Source: Candidatus Saccharimonadota bacterium (lineage in GTDB: Bacteria > Patescibacteriota > Saccharimonadia > UBA4664). Taken from it: a stretch of DNA of 64,000 nt. How positions within the stretch are numbered: position 1 is the first letter of the stretch; every line of letters starts with the position of its first letter. The position numbers and the translations under genes were made by a program. Shown here piece after piece: positions 29,420 through 39,499 of the stretch. The notes below the pieces were generated by a model. The model was not told the origin of the DNA. It did not search any database and was given only the letters and a program-made list of their open reading frames with translations. The stretch covers positions 27,582 to 91,581 of the forward strand of contig JACAFG010000005.1 in the NCBI GenBank assembly GCA_019352195.1, in the 5' to 3' direction.

Positions 29420-31030
29420 TTGCGTGGATGCTCATTATGGTTATACTTGGTGGTAATGGATACGCCTCAGCCACCCAGTGGACGCCGTTTTGACGGACCT
29501 GCTCGACGCGTTCGCCGGCAACCAGAAATTACTCCGGTAGTTGCTCCTACCCAGCAAACTCCGCCCGAAGGTGACCCTTGGGCGGACGGTTTAGCCTTGC
29601 CCGCGCGTGAGCCGGTGGCACCCGTGATGCCGGCTATTCAGCCAGAGACCACTCCCAAGCAGGGGAGCGGAAAAGTTAAGCGACCTCATCGACGGCGCCG
29701 GTGGATCACCGCTATTGTTAGCCTGATTGTGGTAGGTGTTGTGGCTTGGTTTGGTATTCACGCGTGGCTTGCTCTCCGCAGTATTATTCAAAAACACACG
29801 GGTACGAATGCCCTCAATGGGGAACTCGATTTATCGAGTCTCAAAGGTGAAGGATCTGGTCGCGTGAATATTTTGGTTATGGGTATTGGGGGTGAAGGGC
29901 ACGACGGTCCTAACCTGAGCGATACGATGATGGTTTGGAGTATTGATCCGAAAACCTACGACGTGGCGGCCATTTCGGTGCCGCGCGATTTATACGTTAA
30001 AATCCCCGGTTACGGCTATGGCAAGATCAATGCCGCTAACTCGGATGGTGGTCCGGCGTTGGCTGAAAAAGTGGTGAGTAACGTGCTTGGCGTTACGATC
30101 AATTACTACGTGGTGGCCGATTTCTCTGGCTTTAAGCAGGCGGTAGACGCCGTAGGCGGGGTTGATATCAATGTTGCGACCGCGTTATATGACACCACCT
30201 ACCCGTGTGATGTTGGTAACGGCATTTGTCCCTATCATCAGCCGGCCGGACTGATACATATGAACGGGGCGACGGCGCTGAAATATTCGCGATGTCGTCA
30301 CGACGCCCCCGTGGGCAACTGCGGTAACGATTATGGCCGGGCAGCGCGTCAGCAGCAGGTGATTGAAGCTGTAAAAGCCAAAGCATTGTCGGCGGGAACA
30401 CTCACTAATCCGGCTAAGCTGACCGCGCTTATCGATACTGTCGGCGGACACGTTAAGACCGACTTACAGTTGTCGGACATTAAAAAGCTGGCGCTATTGT
30501 CGACCAAAATCGACAGCTCAAAAATCACCAATAAAGTGCTCGATGACGCACCCGACAATTATCTGGTTGGTGGCACTGATATTATTCCGGCGGCCGGCTA
30601 CATTTATGTCCCTAAGGCGGGAACGTTTAACTACTCTGATATCCATGATTTCGTTAAAAACATTTTTGTCGATCATTACATCACCAACGAAAATGCAATC
30701 GTCGAAGTTGATAATGGCTCCGGTGTAACGGGGATAGCTGGCACGGTCGTTACTAGCTTGAAAGCCGCACATTATAACGTCTTGCCGGCCGCCAACGCTG
30801 ACGCCACCTATCAGACTACTGTTATTTACGACTATACGAACGGTAAAAAGCCGTATACTATCAAGTACCTGGAGGATCGGTTTGGAGTGACAGCCAAAAA
30901 GATGACGGCTTCGCCCACCCCAACCGCAACGAGCACTGTTGCTCAAGCCACGACGGCTCAAACCCCAGAGATAAGGATTATTCTTGGCCGCGACTTTGCC
31001 ACGTCTTCCCAGGCCAACACGTCGAACTAA
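29420..31030 (+). CDS. LytR-CpsA-Psr (LCP) family cell-wall polymer transferase
   Basis: LCP core GRVNILVMGIGGEGH...DTMMVWSID...SVPRDLYV, plus a C-terminal LytR_C-like domain. Confidence 0.85.
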   Translation: MRGCSLWLYLVVMDTPQPPSGRRFDGPARRVRRQPEITPVVAPTQQTPPEGDPWADGLALPAREPVAPVMPAIQPETTPKQGSGKVKRPHRRRRWITAIVSLIVVGVVAWFGIHAWLALRSIIQKHTGTNALNGELDLSSLKGEGSGRVNILVMGIGGEGHDGPNLSDTMMVWSIDPKTYDVAAISVPRDLYVKIPGYGYGKINAANSDGGPALAEKVVSNVLGVTINYYVVADFSGFKQAVDAVGGVDINVATALYDTTYPCDVGNGICPYHQPAGLIHMNGATALKYSRCRHDAPVGNCGNDYGRAARQQQVIEAVKAKALSAGTLTNPAKLTALIDTVGGHVKTDLQLSDIKKLALLSTKIDSSKITNKVLDDAPDNYLVGGTDIIPAAGYIYVPKAGTFNYSDIHDFVKNIFVDHYITNENAIVEVDNGSGVTGIAGTVVTSLKAAHYNVLPAANADATYQTTVIYDYTNGKKPYTIKYLEDRFGVTAKKMTASPTPTATSTVAQATTAQTPEIRIILGRDFATSSQANTSN

Positions 31031-31772
31031 GACGCCGTTTCGCTACGGGGGACTCATTACATCGGTTTTGCTCGCAGTCGGCGTTGGCTGGCTGGCTCAC
31101 TATGGCTTGGCACGCGAGTGGCTGGTGGGCTTGGTTGTACTGCTTATTATTGCGGTGGAATCGCTGCCTTACCGGACCAACCTAAAAACGGATTGGCTCA
31201 TGGCGATGCCCTTGATCTTGGGAGGCGCGTCGGTAGCCGTCATTATTGCCTTATCGCCGCGCGCGCTTACCCAAATTGTGGTCGTAGCAGTGTACGCCGC
31301 GTGGCGGGGCTGGCGCGCAGCCAAACCAGAGCGCACGCAATCGTTTAGCGAACTCTTGGTTATGTTGGCACTGGTTTACGAAGCAATTTTCTTGGCGGCG
31401 GCGGTGTGGCGAACGCCGGCGTGGATCTGTTTGGTGTTATTATACGCGGCGTCATATATTTTGGTGTATCAGGGGCTGCACATACGGGGTGAGCGCTTGG
31501 CCCGGGTATTGGCAGCTACATGGGCGCTGATTGTGGTGCAAGTGAGTTGGGTATTTTTGAACTGGCTCGTGACATACGTATTGGTTGGTAACTACTTTAT
31601 TATTCCACAAGCGGCGCTCATTTTAACCGGCTTGGCGTATTGCTTTGGGGGTATTTATTTGTCGCAACGTCAACAGGCTCTGACGCGCATGCGTCTGGCC
31701 GAGTATCTGTTGATTGCATTGTTGCTCGTAATAATTGTCGCCTCGTCGACTCCGTGGCGCGGCACCCTGTAA
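30984..31772 (+). CDS. polytopic membrane protein, hypothetical
   Basis: Multiple hydrophobic helices. The 5' end overlaps the LCP gene, so the true start is probably internal. Confidence 0.45.
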   Translation: MAATLPRLPRPTRRTKTPFRYGGLITSVLLAVGVGWLAHYGLAREWLVGLVVLLIIAVESLPYRTNLKTDWLMAMPLILGGASVAVIIALSPRALTQIVVVAVYAAWRGWRAAKPERTQSFSELLVMLALVYEAIFLAAAVWRTPAWICLVLLYAASYILVYQGLHIRGERLARVLAATWALIVVQVSWVFLNWLVTYVLVGNYFIIPQAALILTGLAYCFGGIYLSQRQQALTRMRLAEYLLIALLLVIIVASSTPWRGTL

Positions 31773-31861
31773 ACGAGAGGCTAAAACTTGGCTTCAGACT
31801 AATCTCAGACAAAAGCGTTTATACTAAGATACAAGTACAAGCGTTTTAATGAGGAGTCAGT

Positions 31862-33061
31862 ATGTCCGACGAGCCATCATCTGTAGCCACTACCGCCGAA
31901 GCGGAGGCGCCGGAGGTAACCGTTTCCACGGCCCGCCACAAAAAGTGGCAGCGTAAGCGACCAAACCCCGCTCAGGTAGCATTGCCAACGGTGCTGGTGA
32001 TCGGACTGGTGGGCGGCGTGGCAGGATCCTACGGCTTTGTGCACTTTTTCCCGGGTTCAATTCCGGTGAGCAAACAGCAACTAGTGGTACAAGAAAGCTC
32101 CGCTGTCGTTGATGTTGCCAGCAAGGTCTCGCCCAGTGTGGTGTCTATCACGACCAAATCGGTGCAGGCAGGAGCATTTGGTTTCGGTCAGCAAACCGCC
32201 CAGGGCGCCGGCACGGGTATGATACTGACCTCGGACGGTCTTATTCTTACCAATAATCATGTGATTGATGGCTCGACCTCGGTTACCGTCTTTACGAGTG
32301 ACGGTAAGCAGTATACCGGTGCCGTCGAGGCCAGCAGCCCGTCAAGCGATTATGCCTTTGTTCGCATCAAAGCCACAGGCCTGAAGCCGGTGACGCTGGG
32401 TGATTCTTCGAGCGTTCAAATCGGCCAGAGTGTTATTGCTATTGGTAACGCACTTGGCCAGTATCAAAATACCGTAACCTCCGGCATCATCTCGGGCAAA
32501 GGCCGCCCGGTGACGGCCAGTGACAGTAACGGAAGTTCGTCGGAGAGTTTGGTGGATTTGCTGCAAACTGATGCCGCTATAAACGAGGGTAACTCCGGGG
32601 GCCCGCTCGTTAACTTGGCCGGACAGGTAATTGGTATGAATACGGCCATCTCGGCCGACGGGCAGAACGTTGGCTTTGCGATTCCGATTAACGAAGTAAA
32701 ATCAGCCATTGAAAGCGTGAAGAGCAAGGGTGTAATCCAGCGGCCATACCTGGGCGTACGCTATATTCCGGTCACGTCCGACTTTGCGACCGCTAATAAT
32801 TTGAGCGTTCAAAACGGGGCTTATGTATCGGGTGATGCATCAAGCCCGGCGGTCGTGCCTGGTTCGCCAGCCGAAGCCGCGGGCTTGAAAAACGGCGATG
32901 TTATCACCAAAGTCGATGGTAAAACCATCGACGAAAACCATTCGCTCACCTCGATCTTGGCTGACGACAAAATTGGTCAGACGGTGAAGCTGACGGTGCT
33001 GCGAGATGGTAAAACTATTACCTTGTCGGCCACGTTGGCATCGGCGCCAAGCGGCTCGTAG
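31862..33061 (+). CDS. htrA: HtrA/DegP-family serine protease with PDZ domain
   Basis: TNNHVIDG and GNSGGPLVN catalytic motifs, with a C-terminal PDZ. Confidence 0.9.
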   Translation: MSDEPSSVATTAEAEAPEVTVSTARHKKWQRKRPNPAQVALPTVLVIGLVGGVAGSYGFVHFFPGSIPVSKQQLVVQESSAVVDVASKVSPSVVSITTKSVQAGAFGFGQQTAQGAGTGMILTSDGLILTNNHVIDGSTSVTVFTSDGKQYTGAVEASSPSSDYAFVRIKATGLKPVTLGDSSSVQIGQSVIAIGNALGQYQNTVTSGIISGKGRPVTASDSNGSSSESLVDLLQTDAAINEGNSGGPLVNLAGQVIGMNTAISADGQNVGFAIPINEVKSAIESVKSKGVIQRPYLGVRYIPVTSDFATANNLSVQNGAYVSGDASSPAVVPGSPAEAAGLKNGDVITKVDGKTIDENHSLTSILADDKIGQTVKLTVLRDGKTITLSATLASAPSGS

Positions 33062-33125
33062 TCGATCGATACGCACCACAACGGCCGCGCGGATCTTACC
33101 GGCGGCCGTTGTTTGTTGCTAGGTT

Positions 33126-33959
33126 TTACGCCTGGAGTTTAAAACCTAAAATAAAATAGCCTTGCTCGACGGGCGCGAGGCCGTATTTGGCGGCTTCGGC
33201 GATTAGGCCTTCGTGCTGCCAAGGATCGCACTCGGTGAAGAGATAGCCATTCGGGTTTAAGTGATCTTTGAGGCCAACCAAAAAGCGGCGGTATAAATCG
33301 AGTCCATCGGTGCCACCAAACAAAGCCACGGCCGGTTCGCGGCGAACTTCGGGCATAAGATCGGCATCGTCGCGCAGGTAGGGGAGGTTAGTAACAATCG
33401 TGTCAAAGCTTGGTTCCACGCTGTCCCACAGGTCCGATTCGATGAACGTGAGCTCGACATCGTGGCGTCTGGCGTTGGTCTTAGCGACCTCGAGGGCCGC
33501 CAGTGACACCTCGGTTGCCGTAACGGCCAGATCGCTGCGGTTGAGCTTGATAGCAATAGCAATGGCGCCGGAGCCGGTGCCAATATCGATGAGGGAGGAT
33601 GTGGGCGGAGCGTATTTTATCGCCCATTCAACCATTTGCTCGGTTTCAACGCGCGGCGTTAAGACGTCGGGGGTAATAGTGAAATCAAAACCATAAAATT
33701 CGCGGCTGCCGACCAAATGCACCAGGGGCTCGCGGTTGACTCGGCGCTGGACGAGGGCGGCGTAGGCGCTCGTTTGGTCGTCGGTGATGGGTTCGTCATC
33801 GTGAGCGGTTAGCCATTCGCGCGGGCGGCCAATGACATGCGCCAATAGCAGCTCGGCATCGAGCCGAGCGGAGCCGATGCCGGCTTTGTTCAGGGTGCTA
33901 GTCGTGGTTTTAATAAGATTCTCGATGGTCATAGGAATTTTCCCGTATAATAAAGCCAT
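33126..33959 (-). CDS. prmC: release-factor glutamine N5-methyltransferase
   Basis: SAM-binding IDIGTGSGAIAIA and IVTNLPY (NPPY-type) motif. It is adjacent to prfA. Confidence 0.85.
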   Translation of the reverse strand: MALLYGKIPMTIENLIKTTTSTLNKAGIGSARLDAELLLAHVIGRPREWLTAHDDEPITDDQTSAYAALVQRRVNREPLVHLVGSREFYGFDFTITPDVLTPRVETEQMVEWAIKYAPPTSSLIDIGTGSGAIAIAIKLNRSDLAVTATEVSLAALEVAKTNARRHDVELTFIESDLWDSVEPSFDTIVTNLPYLRDDADLMPEVRREPAVALFGGTDGLDLYRRFLVGLKDHLNPNGYLFTECDPWQHEGLIAEAAKYGLAPVEQGYFILGFKLQA

Positions 33960-33960
33960 T

Positions 33961-34761
33961 ATGCCTGAATTAGTTTACCTCACCAGCCTGCAAAATCCAC
34001 GTCTAAAAGCCCTAGTGGCGCAACGCCGCCACAAGCAGCGCGAGGCCCGCGGCACTATTTTGATAGAAGGCCGAGCGGAGCTTGAGCTGGTTTTGACGCA
34101 TGGTTTGGTACCCAAATCGGTGTATTACGCGCCCGATATGATGGCTCCCGAGAGCTCTCAGCGTTTGCTTGAACTCGTTACCGACGCCACCGAGCACGTG
34201 GTACTTTCGCCCGAAGCGTTCGCCAAAGTGAGCTACCGCGATTCGCCCGATGGTTGGCTGGGTGAATTTGCATCGCCGGTTTTACCCTTATCTAAGCTAA
34301 AGATTGGTAGTTTGCCGTTGGTTATTGTGGCCGAAGGCATTGAAAAGCCGGGTAATTTGGGCGCCTTGTTGCGGACGGCCGATGCGGTTGGGGCCGACGG
34401 AGTGGTGGCCGCCAGTGAAATTACCGATTGGCTTAACCCTAACGTGGTGCGGGCCAGTAAAGGTACGGTCATGACGCTGCCGGTGGCGAGCTGCAGTACA
34501 TCTGAGTTAGTAACGTGGGCGCACGGCCACGGCCTGAAAATTGTGGTGGCGACACCGGAAGCTGAGGCAAATTACACCGAGGTGAACTTAGCGCAGCCAA
34601 TTGCGATTGTAGTGGGCGCCGAGCATAGCGGAGTGAGTGAAGAGCTTAAGGCCGCCGCTGACATCACGGTTTCGATTCCTATGACGGGCACGATCGACTC
34701 ACTGAACGCGGCGACCGCTGGGGCCTTGCTCGCTTATGAGGCGTTGCGACAGCGAGCTTAA
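33961..34761 (+). CDS. SpoU/TrmH-family RNA 2'-O-methyltransferase
   Basis: Start MPELVYLTSLQNPRLKAL. The C-terminal SPOUT knot has VVGAEHSGVS...IPMTGTIDSLNAATA. TATAAT lies 11 nt upstream of the ATG, suggesting a leaderless mRNA. Confidence 0.8.
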   Translation: MPELVYLTSLQNPRLKALVAQRRHKQREARGTILIEGRAELELVLTHGLVPKSVYYAPDMMAPESSQRLLELVTDATEHVVLSPEAFAKVSYRDSPDGWLGEFASPVLPLSKLKIGSLPLVIVAEGIEKPGNLGALLRTADAVGADGVVAASEITDWLNPNVVRASKGTVMTLPVASCSTSELVTWAHGHGLKIVVATPEAEANYTEVNLAQPIAIVVGAEHSGVSEELKAAADITVSIPMTGTIDSLNAATAGALLAYEALRQRA

Positions 34762-34870
34762 ACGCCGGCGGTAACAAACCTTATTGTCATCCTCGCCCAA
34801 GTTTAGGATGACAATGGGGCTTGCCAGACTCTTCAGCGACTTCCAGATCTAGAAGTGTGACTTAGAGACT

Positions 34871-34908
34871 TAAAAACAATGGTTCGTCGAGTGAATCGAC
34901 GAACCATT
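34871..34908 (-). terminator. rho-independent terminator for gene 34937..35257
   Basis: 13-bp perfect hairpin AATGGTTCGTCGA-gtgaa-TCGACGAACCATT (34878-34908), followed on the minus strand by GTTTTTA. Confidence 0.6.
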
Positions 34909-34936
34909 TGGTTTGCAATGATGGTCAGCCGGGCTG

Positions 34937-35257
34937 CTACGACGCTAATACGGGTTGCAGCAGCATGCCGTTGTCGTCCGGGTGAATCATCATGATTACG
35001 CTGAAGTGCTGGTCCAACAAACTCTTAAACTTGGCAGCGAGCTCAATAATGAGCTCATCTCGCGCGCATGAAGTGCTAGAGACACTTAAATCGATGTCGA
35101 TACCCTTCCGGTGGAGTCGAATGCCAAATCTCAGATCGGTGGTGGTAGCGATGACGATCTGCTGCATGGCGCCAAATATGGCGTGGTTAAGGGGAGCGTA
35201 AACCATCCCTTCGTTGCTCGCCTCATTGTGGGTGGCGCGGATGCTGATCATTTTCAT
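34937..35257 (-). CDS. hypothetical small protein
   Basis: 106-aa ORF with a dedicated terminator. Confidence 0.5.
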   Translation of the reverse strand: MKMISIRATHNEASNEGMVYAPLNHAIFGAMQQIVIATTTDLRFGIRLHRKGIDIDLSVSSTSCARDELIIELAAKFKSLLDQHFSVIMMIHPDDNGMLLQPVLAS

Positions 35258-35333
35258 GAGAGAACGACCTTTCGGACGGGTTTTTGTGGTCGGTCAAATT
35301 ATAGCAAGGTTGATGGCTGCTGGCGAAATTGGC

Positions 35334-36392
35334 TTAAACGCCGGCTGTCTCGAGCTTGAGTCGCAAATCTTCATTGCGCAAAGCTTCCAGCATGCCGCCG
35401 ATGTCGCCCATCATAAAGCCAGGTAGATTGTGACGGGTCTCACCAATCCGGTGATCGGTCACGCGGTCTTGGGGGAAATTGTAGGTGCGTACTTTTTCAG
35501 AGCGGTCGCCAGTGCCAATTTGGCTTAAACGGGCGGCGCGGTCGGCCTTTTCTTCTTCTTCACGTTGGATAGCCAGCAGCCGCGAACGCAGTACGCCCAT
35601 GGCTTTAATTTTGTTTTTCAGTTGGCTTTTTTCATCCTGACAAGTAACCACGAGGCCCGATGGAATGTGGGTTATGCGCACGGCCGAGTCGGTAGTGTTG
35701 ACGCTTTGGCCGCCATTGCCGCTGGAGCGGTAAACGTCGATGCGCAAATCGTTGTCACTAATTTCCAAATCGTGTTCTTCGGCTTCGGGAAGAACGGCTA
35801 CCGTCACTGTGGAAGTATGAATTCGACTGCCGGACTCGGTTTCCGGTACGCGCTGGACGCGGTGAACGCCGCTCTCGTATTTGAGCCAGCCGTAGGCACC
35901 GTCGCCTTTAATCTCAAAAATAATTTCTTTGTAGCCGCCAACATCGGAGGGGCTTTCGCTGACCAGTTCGACACGCCAGTTGCGCGTTTCCAGGTAGCGC
36001 AAATACATCCGATAGAGTTCGCCTGCAAACAAACTAGCTTCGTCGCCGCCGGCGCCGGCCCGAATTTCGATAATGGCATTTTTGGCGTCGGCGGGATCTT
36101 TGGGTACCAAGGCCACGCGCAGTTCATCGTCGATGGCCACAAGGGCCGCCTCGAGCGCGGGTAACTCTTCGCGGGCTAGCTCAGCCAGTTCGGGGTCGCC
36201 TAAAGCTTCGGTGGTACCCGCGATGCTATCGCGAAGTTTGGCACGCTTGTCGTACAAGTCGATGGTGGGCTGGAGCTCGCTTTGGCGCTTAGCTAGCGCC
36301 ACCGCTTCGTGGGTACCAAAAGTCTCCGGGTCGCTCATGCGCTCGGTTACGGTTTGGTATTCGGTTCGAAAGGCAGTTTCGGTGATATCCAT
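35334..36392 (-). CDS. prfA: peptide chain release factor 1
   Basis: GGQ motif ([10 protein letters not shown]) and RF1-type PET/PxT tripeptide region ([16 protein letters not shown]). Confidence 0.9.
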   Translation of the reverse strand: MDITETAFRTEYQTVTERMSDPETFGTHEAVALAKRQSELQPTIDLYDKRAKLRDSIAGTTEALGDPELAELAREELPALEAALVAIDDELRVALVPKDPADAKNAIIEIRAGAGGDEASLFAGELYRMYLRYLETRNWRVELVSESPSDVGGYKEIIFEIKGDGAYGWLKYESGVHRVQRVPETESGSRIHTSTVTVAVLPEAEEHDLEISDNDLRIDVYRSSGNGGQSVNTTDSAVRITHIPSGLVVTCQDEKSQLKNKIKAMGVLRSRLLAIQREEEEKADRAARLSQIGTGDRSEKVRTYNFPQDRVTDHRIGETRHNLPGFMMGDIGGMLEALRNEDLRLKLETAGV

Positions 36393-36780
36393 AATCAATG
36401 TCGTATTATACAGGTATAAATGGTTTGCGCCCATCCGAGATGAGGGCTGGGCGCATGGAACTGGGCGTCGTTGTTACCGGCTTCGTTTAGTGATCCAAGT
36501 GAAACACCTCGACTACCAGCCGCACGACGGCAACCAAGCTCCGGCGATCATTTCGGGCAATGCCGAGGAACAAAGTGTAGGCGCCAAGCCCAATGAGGCA
36601 GATACCAGCAATGAGGAGAGCTGTCACGGTCAGCTTCTTTCTAGTTGAGGAAGCTACGGATGGTTGACGCTGGTAATCCAAAGGGCAATTAAAATATTAT
36701 AATACTAATTGACATAAAAAGCAAGACTATTTGATGTAACAAAAAAGCGCCAGTGAGGCGCTTGTTTGCGGGTGGGCCGA

Positions 36781-37125
36781 TTACTTAGTATCGGCTTCGG
36801 TAACGGGCGACGGGTCTTCGGGTTGGACTTTGTCGACCGTTTCGCTCTCGAGCTCAGCCTGAACTTTGGCCAGCTTGTCGTCCTTGGCGTTTTGGCGGCC
36901 AGCTTCAACTTCGGCAGCTTTGGTAGCGGCAGCCTGGCGGGCGCGGAACTTGTCGACGCGACCGGCCGTGTCAATCAGCTTCTGCTTGCCCGTATAGAAC
37001 GGGTGGCAGTTGGAGCAGATTTCAACCGTGATCTCTTCAACGGTGGTGTGCAACGTAAAGTTGGTGTCACAGCCGTTGCAGTGAACCTTGGTTTCGAAGA
37101 GGTGGGGATGAATAGCGGTTTTCAT
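36781..37125 (-). CDS. rpmE: ribosomal protein L31 with C-terminal acidic extension
   Basis: MKTAIHP...CNGCDT...[10 protein letters not shown] zinc ribbon. Confidence 0.85.
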   Translation of the reverse strand: MKTAIHPHLFETKVHCNGCDTNFTLHTTVEEITVEICSNCHPFYTGKQKLIDTAGRVDKFRARQAAATKAAEVEAGRQNAKDDKLAKVQAELESETVDKVQPEDPSPVTEADTK

Positions 37126-37280
37126 AACTTAACGAGTGTAGCGTATCTGGCGAGGTTTGGCAAGGGTCGTTGGAGCTAACAGCGTATGACCGGTCAAGTA
37201 GCTTAGGTTTAGGCGCAAAGCAGTCGAAAAATGGAAACCGCCCGCCCTCGAAATGGATCGAAGAGCGGACGGCACGAGCG

Positions 37281-37595
37281 TTACGAGCCAGAGCTAACAG
37301 CTCCCAAAAGCACCAGATTGGCCTCGTGGATGAGGTCTGGCCGAGCTTCGAACAGAGCGGCCTCGGCATGGATGATACGGGCCAAATTGCACCGGATTTG
37401 CTGCTGGTGCGGGCTACCGGGTTCGCTGGCCAAATAGGCGAGCAGAGCGTCCGCATCCACCCAGAGGGCGCAGTATTCGGCCAGTTCGCGCTGCTTCACA
37501 GCGCTACCGGTCATGAAGTAAAGGCCGGCCTCGATGAGGCCAAGATGTGGCGGCAGGGTGGCCGACACGTTTGTCGAAGAGCGAGGAGTCGTCAC
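37281..37595 (-). CDS. hypothetical protein (104 aa), island gene a
   Basis: GTG 37595 is preceded by AGGAGG-5nt. It has its own TTGACA-17-CATAAT promoter at 37647-37675. GC is ~60%. Confidence 0.5.
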   Translation of the reverse strand: MTTPRSSTNVSATLPPHLGLIEAGLYFMTGSAVKQRELAEYCALWVDADALLAYLASEPGSPHQQQIRCNLARIIHAEAALFEARPDLIHEANLVLLGAVSSGS

Positions 37596-37674
37596 GGCGA
37601 CCTCCTTTCTAGAGTTGAAGTCGCGTAAACGCATCGGGTTGGCGAAATTATGCGAGAAAATACAACAAGTGTCA

Positions 37675-37723
37675 ACAAAAGCGAAACCGCCCGCTCCCAA
37701 GCTGTAAACTCGGGAGCGGGCGG
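37675..37723 (-). terminator. rho-independent terminator after island gene b
   Basis: 12-bp GC stem CCGCCCGCTCCC / GGGAGCGGGCGG (37687-37723), followed on the minus strand by TTTCGCTTTTGTTG. Confidence 0.6.
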
Positions 37724-37741
37724 CGGATTTCGATGAGCGGG

Positions 37742-38563
37742 TCAGTAGGCCTTGGCCCGATGGCTGCTCGCGTGACGCCAAGCATTGCGTGCGTGGACCG
37801 ACCTGGCTCGGCCGATGGGGCCAAATTGCTGGCCCGTGCCAGGTCCAGTCGTTGGGGCATCAGAAGGCAGGGACCTTCGCAACAGCGAATCTTGCAACCA
37901 GGCGTCGGTCGCCGATTTGGCGGGAGCCTTGTTGGCCAACGTATGGCCCGGGCTAGCCGGATCGACGAAGACCGTCTGGAAAGTATGCCGCTTCGGAAGC
38001 AAAGGATCCGCGACGGCGACTGAACGTTGGACCGCGTCGAGTTGATCCTGATCCCAGCGCGACAAGGCTTCCTTGGTCCCGGGGAGCCATCCGTTGCCGC
38101 TGATGTCGGCGATGGCCCATTGATGTCTGGCCCTGAAGCGTCGCCGCTCATCTGAAACCTGCTCGAATCTACTCAAGACATCCACGAGCGAGGAAAAAGT
38201 CTCCCTTGCCTTCGCGTTCTGGAGGGAATGCTCACCCTCGTAGAGCGGGTTTCTGAAGCGCTGGTAGCCCTCTGTCATATCGGTCCAGTCGAATATATTA
38301 GTGGTCCTTGTGAGATCAACATGAGCACCATCCTCGCCGAATCCGTAGGGCTTTTCCTGCCAACGCGGATAGAGGCGTTCGGTGAGCTCGTCCGTTCGGG
38401 CGAAGATGTCATCGCCTGGCTGCTCTGGCGGCGCGGTCAACTTGGCGGCGGCGAGTCGGGCCGTGAATGCGTCACGGATGGACGGCAAGTCCTCGCCGTT
38501 GTCGCTGGTCAAGGCGATGAGGCGGCGAAATGGATTCTCCTGCGGCGGTTCGGGAATGGTCAT
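37742..38563 (-). CDS. hypothetical protein (273 aa), island gene b
   Basis: Its ATG overlaps the stop of the upstream 60-aa gene (ATGA). It is R/D-rich with no family recognised. Confidence 0.6.
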   Translation of the reverse strand: MTIPEPPQENPFRRLIALTSDNGEDLPSIRDAFTARLAAAKLTAPPEQPGDDIFARTDELTERLYPRWQEKPYGFGEDGAHVDLTRTTNIFDWTDMTEGYQRFRNPLYEGEHSLQNAKARETFSSLVDVLSRFEQVSDERRRFRARHQWAIADISGNGWLPGTKEALSRWDQDQLDAVQRSVAVADPLLPKRHTFQTVFVDPASPGHTLANKAPAKSATDAWLQDSLLRRSLPSDAPTTGPGTGQQFGPIGRARSVHARNAWRHASSHRAKAY

Positions 38564-38742
38564 GGCAGAAGCCTTTCGGAAGTTGGGGACGCGGGGAGTT
38601 GGGGCGTGACGGGTATGTGGTCAGATTCGGCGACGGGCCAGAGCGCGTCAGTGACGCGCACTTGGGCCGGTACACCGGGAGCAATCGACCACATGGTGAC
38701 AACGACGAGCTCGCGCGCGTCGGGGACTTGGGATATGGGCAT
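38560..38742 (-). CDS. hypothetical small protein (60 aa), island gene c
   Basis: ATG 38742 is preceded by GAGGAG-7nt. It is translationally coupled to gene b. Confidence 0.55.
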   Translation of the reverse strand: MPISQVPDARELVVVTMWSIAPGVPAQVRVTDALWPVAESDHIPVTPQLPASPTSERLLP

Positions 38743-38810
38743 ACAACAACTCCTCTGGTTGGGGCGCAAATTGTGGAGAGCTGGGTTTTGAGACAAAACT
38801 TGATTGCATA

Positions 38811-38839
38811 ATTATGTGTGTAAAAGTGCTTTTTGTCAA
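38811..38839 (-). promoter_or_regulatory. TTGACA-17-CATAAT promoter of c-b operon
   Basis: Minus-strand -35 is the complement of 38834-38839; -10 is the complement of 38811-38816. The identical hexamers are used for gene a. Confidence 0.5.
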
Positions 38840-39211
38840 CAACTAAATGCCTTACAAACGAAAGGACCCACCTTCTCGTGATACTTGAGAGGATGGGCCG
38901 GTAAACGGCAACCAGGTACGGTCGTCGTTTAGATGGTGAACGGGGAGCGGCAGGCTGAGTTGCGTCGCATGAACGCGGCGGGCAGGCTAGCGCCGGGTCG
39001 GTAGGCCATGCGAGCCGAATCGATGACCGGCGGGGCGGAGCGTGTCTGTCGAGTGCGAGATTTCGCAGGGCTGCAGGATAGGCGTTGGGATTGTTTTTCA
39101 GCAGTGTTCTGATGTCCTCGTTGCTGAGTCCATCAGTCGCCGAGATGCTGGCGGGGCTGAAATCCGTCATGGGACGGTCCTTTCGATCGAGCTGGGTTGA
39201 GAGTTGAACTG

Positions 39212-39499
39212 TTACCGCTTGAGAATGGCGGCCATTTGTTGGCCGACGCCGCTGATGAATAACTCGGGGCGGCGAACCATGGCCCCGCGGATGAGCGCCA
39301 GGGCATCCATTTGGTTGTCGGTGAGATAGGCTCCATTCATGATGATCCTCAGATAGCCGGGATCGATGAACTGCATCGCCACCGTGATGCCGGTATCCAG
39401 CCCGGCCGTGAAAAGCGCATTTGACGCGGGGTCGGTGTCGGCCGCCTCACGCACGGCGTGGATGAGAGCGAGCAGGGTCGGGGCGGTGGTATCCGTCAC
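39212..39499 (-). CDS. hypothetical protein (95 aa), island gene d2
   Basis: GTG 39499 is preceded by AAAGGA. A TTGACT-17-TATGAT promoter lies at 39554-39582. The 20-nt RBS region TCGATCGAAAGGACCGTC is duplicated at 39171-39190, in front of a degenerate second copy. Confidence 0.45.
   Translation of the reverse strand: MTDTTAPTLLALIHAVREAADTDPASNALFTAGLDTGITVAMQFIDPGYLRIIMNGAYLTDNQMDALALIRGAMVRRPELFISGVGQQMAAILKR

Noticed and set aside
38472-39170. 232-aa minus-strand ORF (d1) as a real gene
   Set aside because: Only the first ~40 aa look protein-like. The rest is low-complexity Pro/Arg/Ser text that overlaps the c-b promoter and gene c in another frame. It is probably a degraded duplicate of d2, sharing its RBS block.
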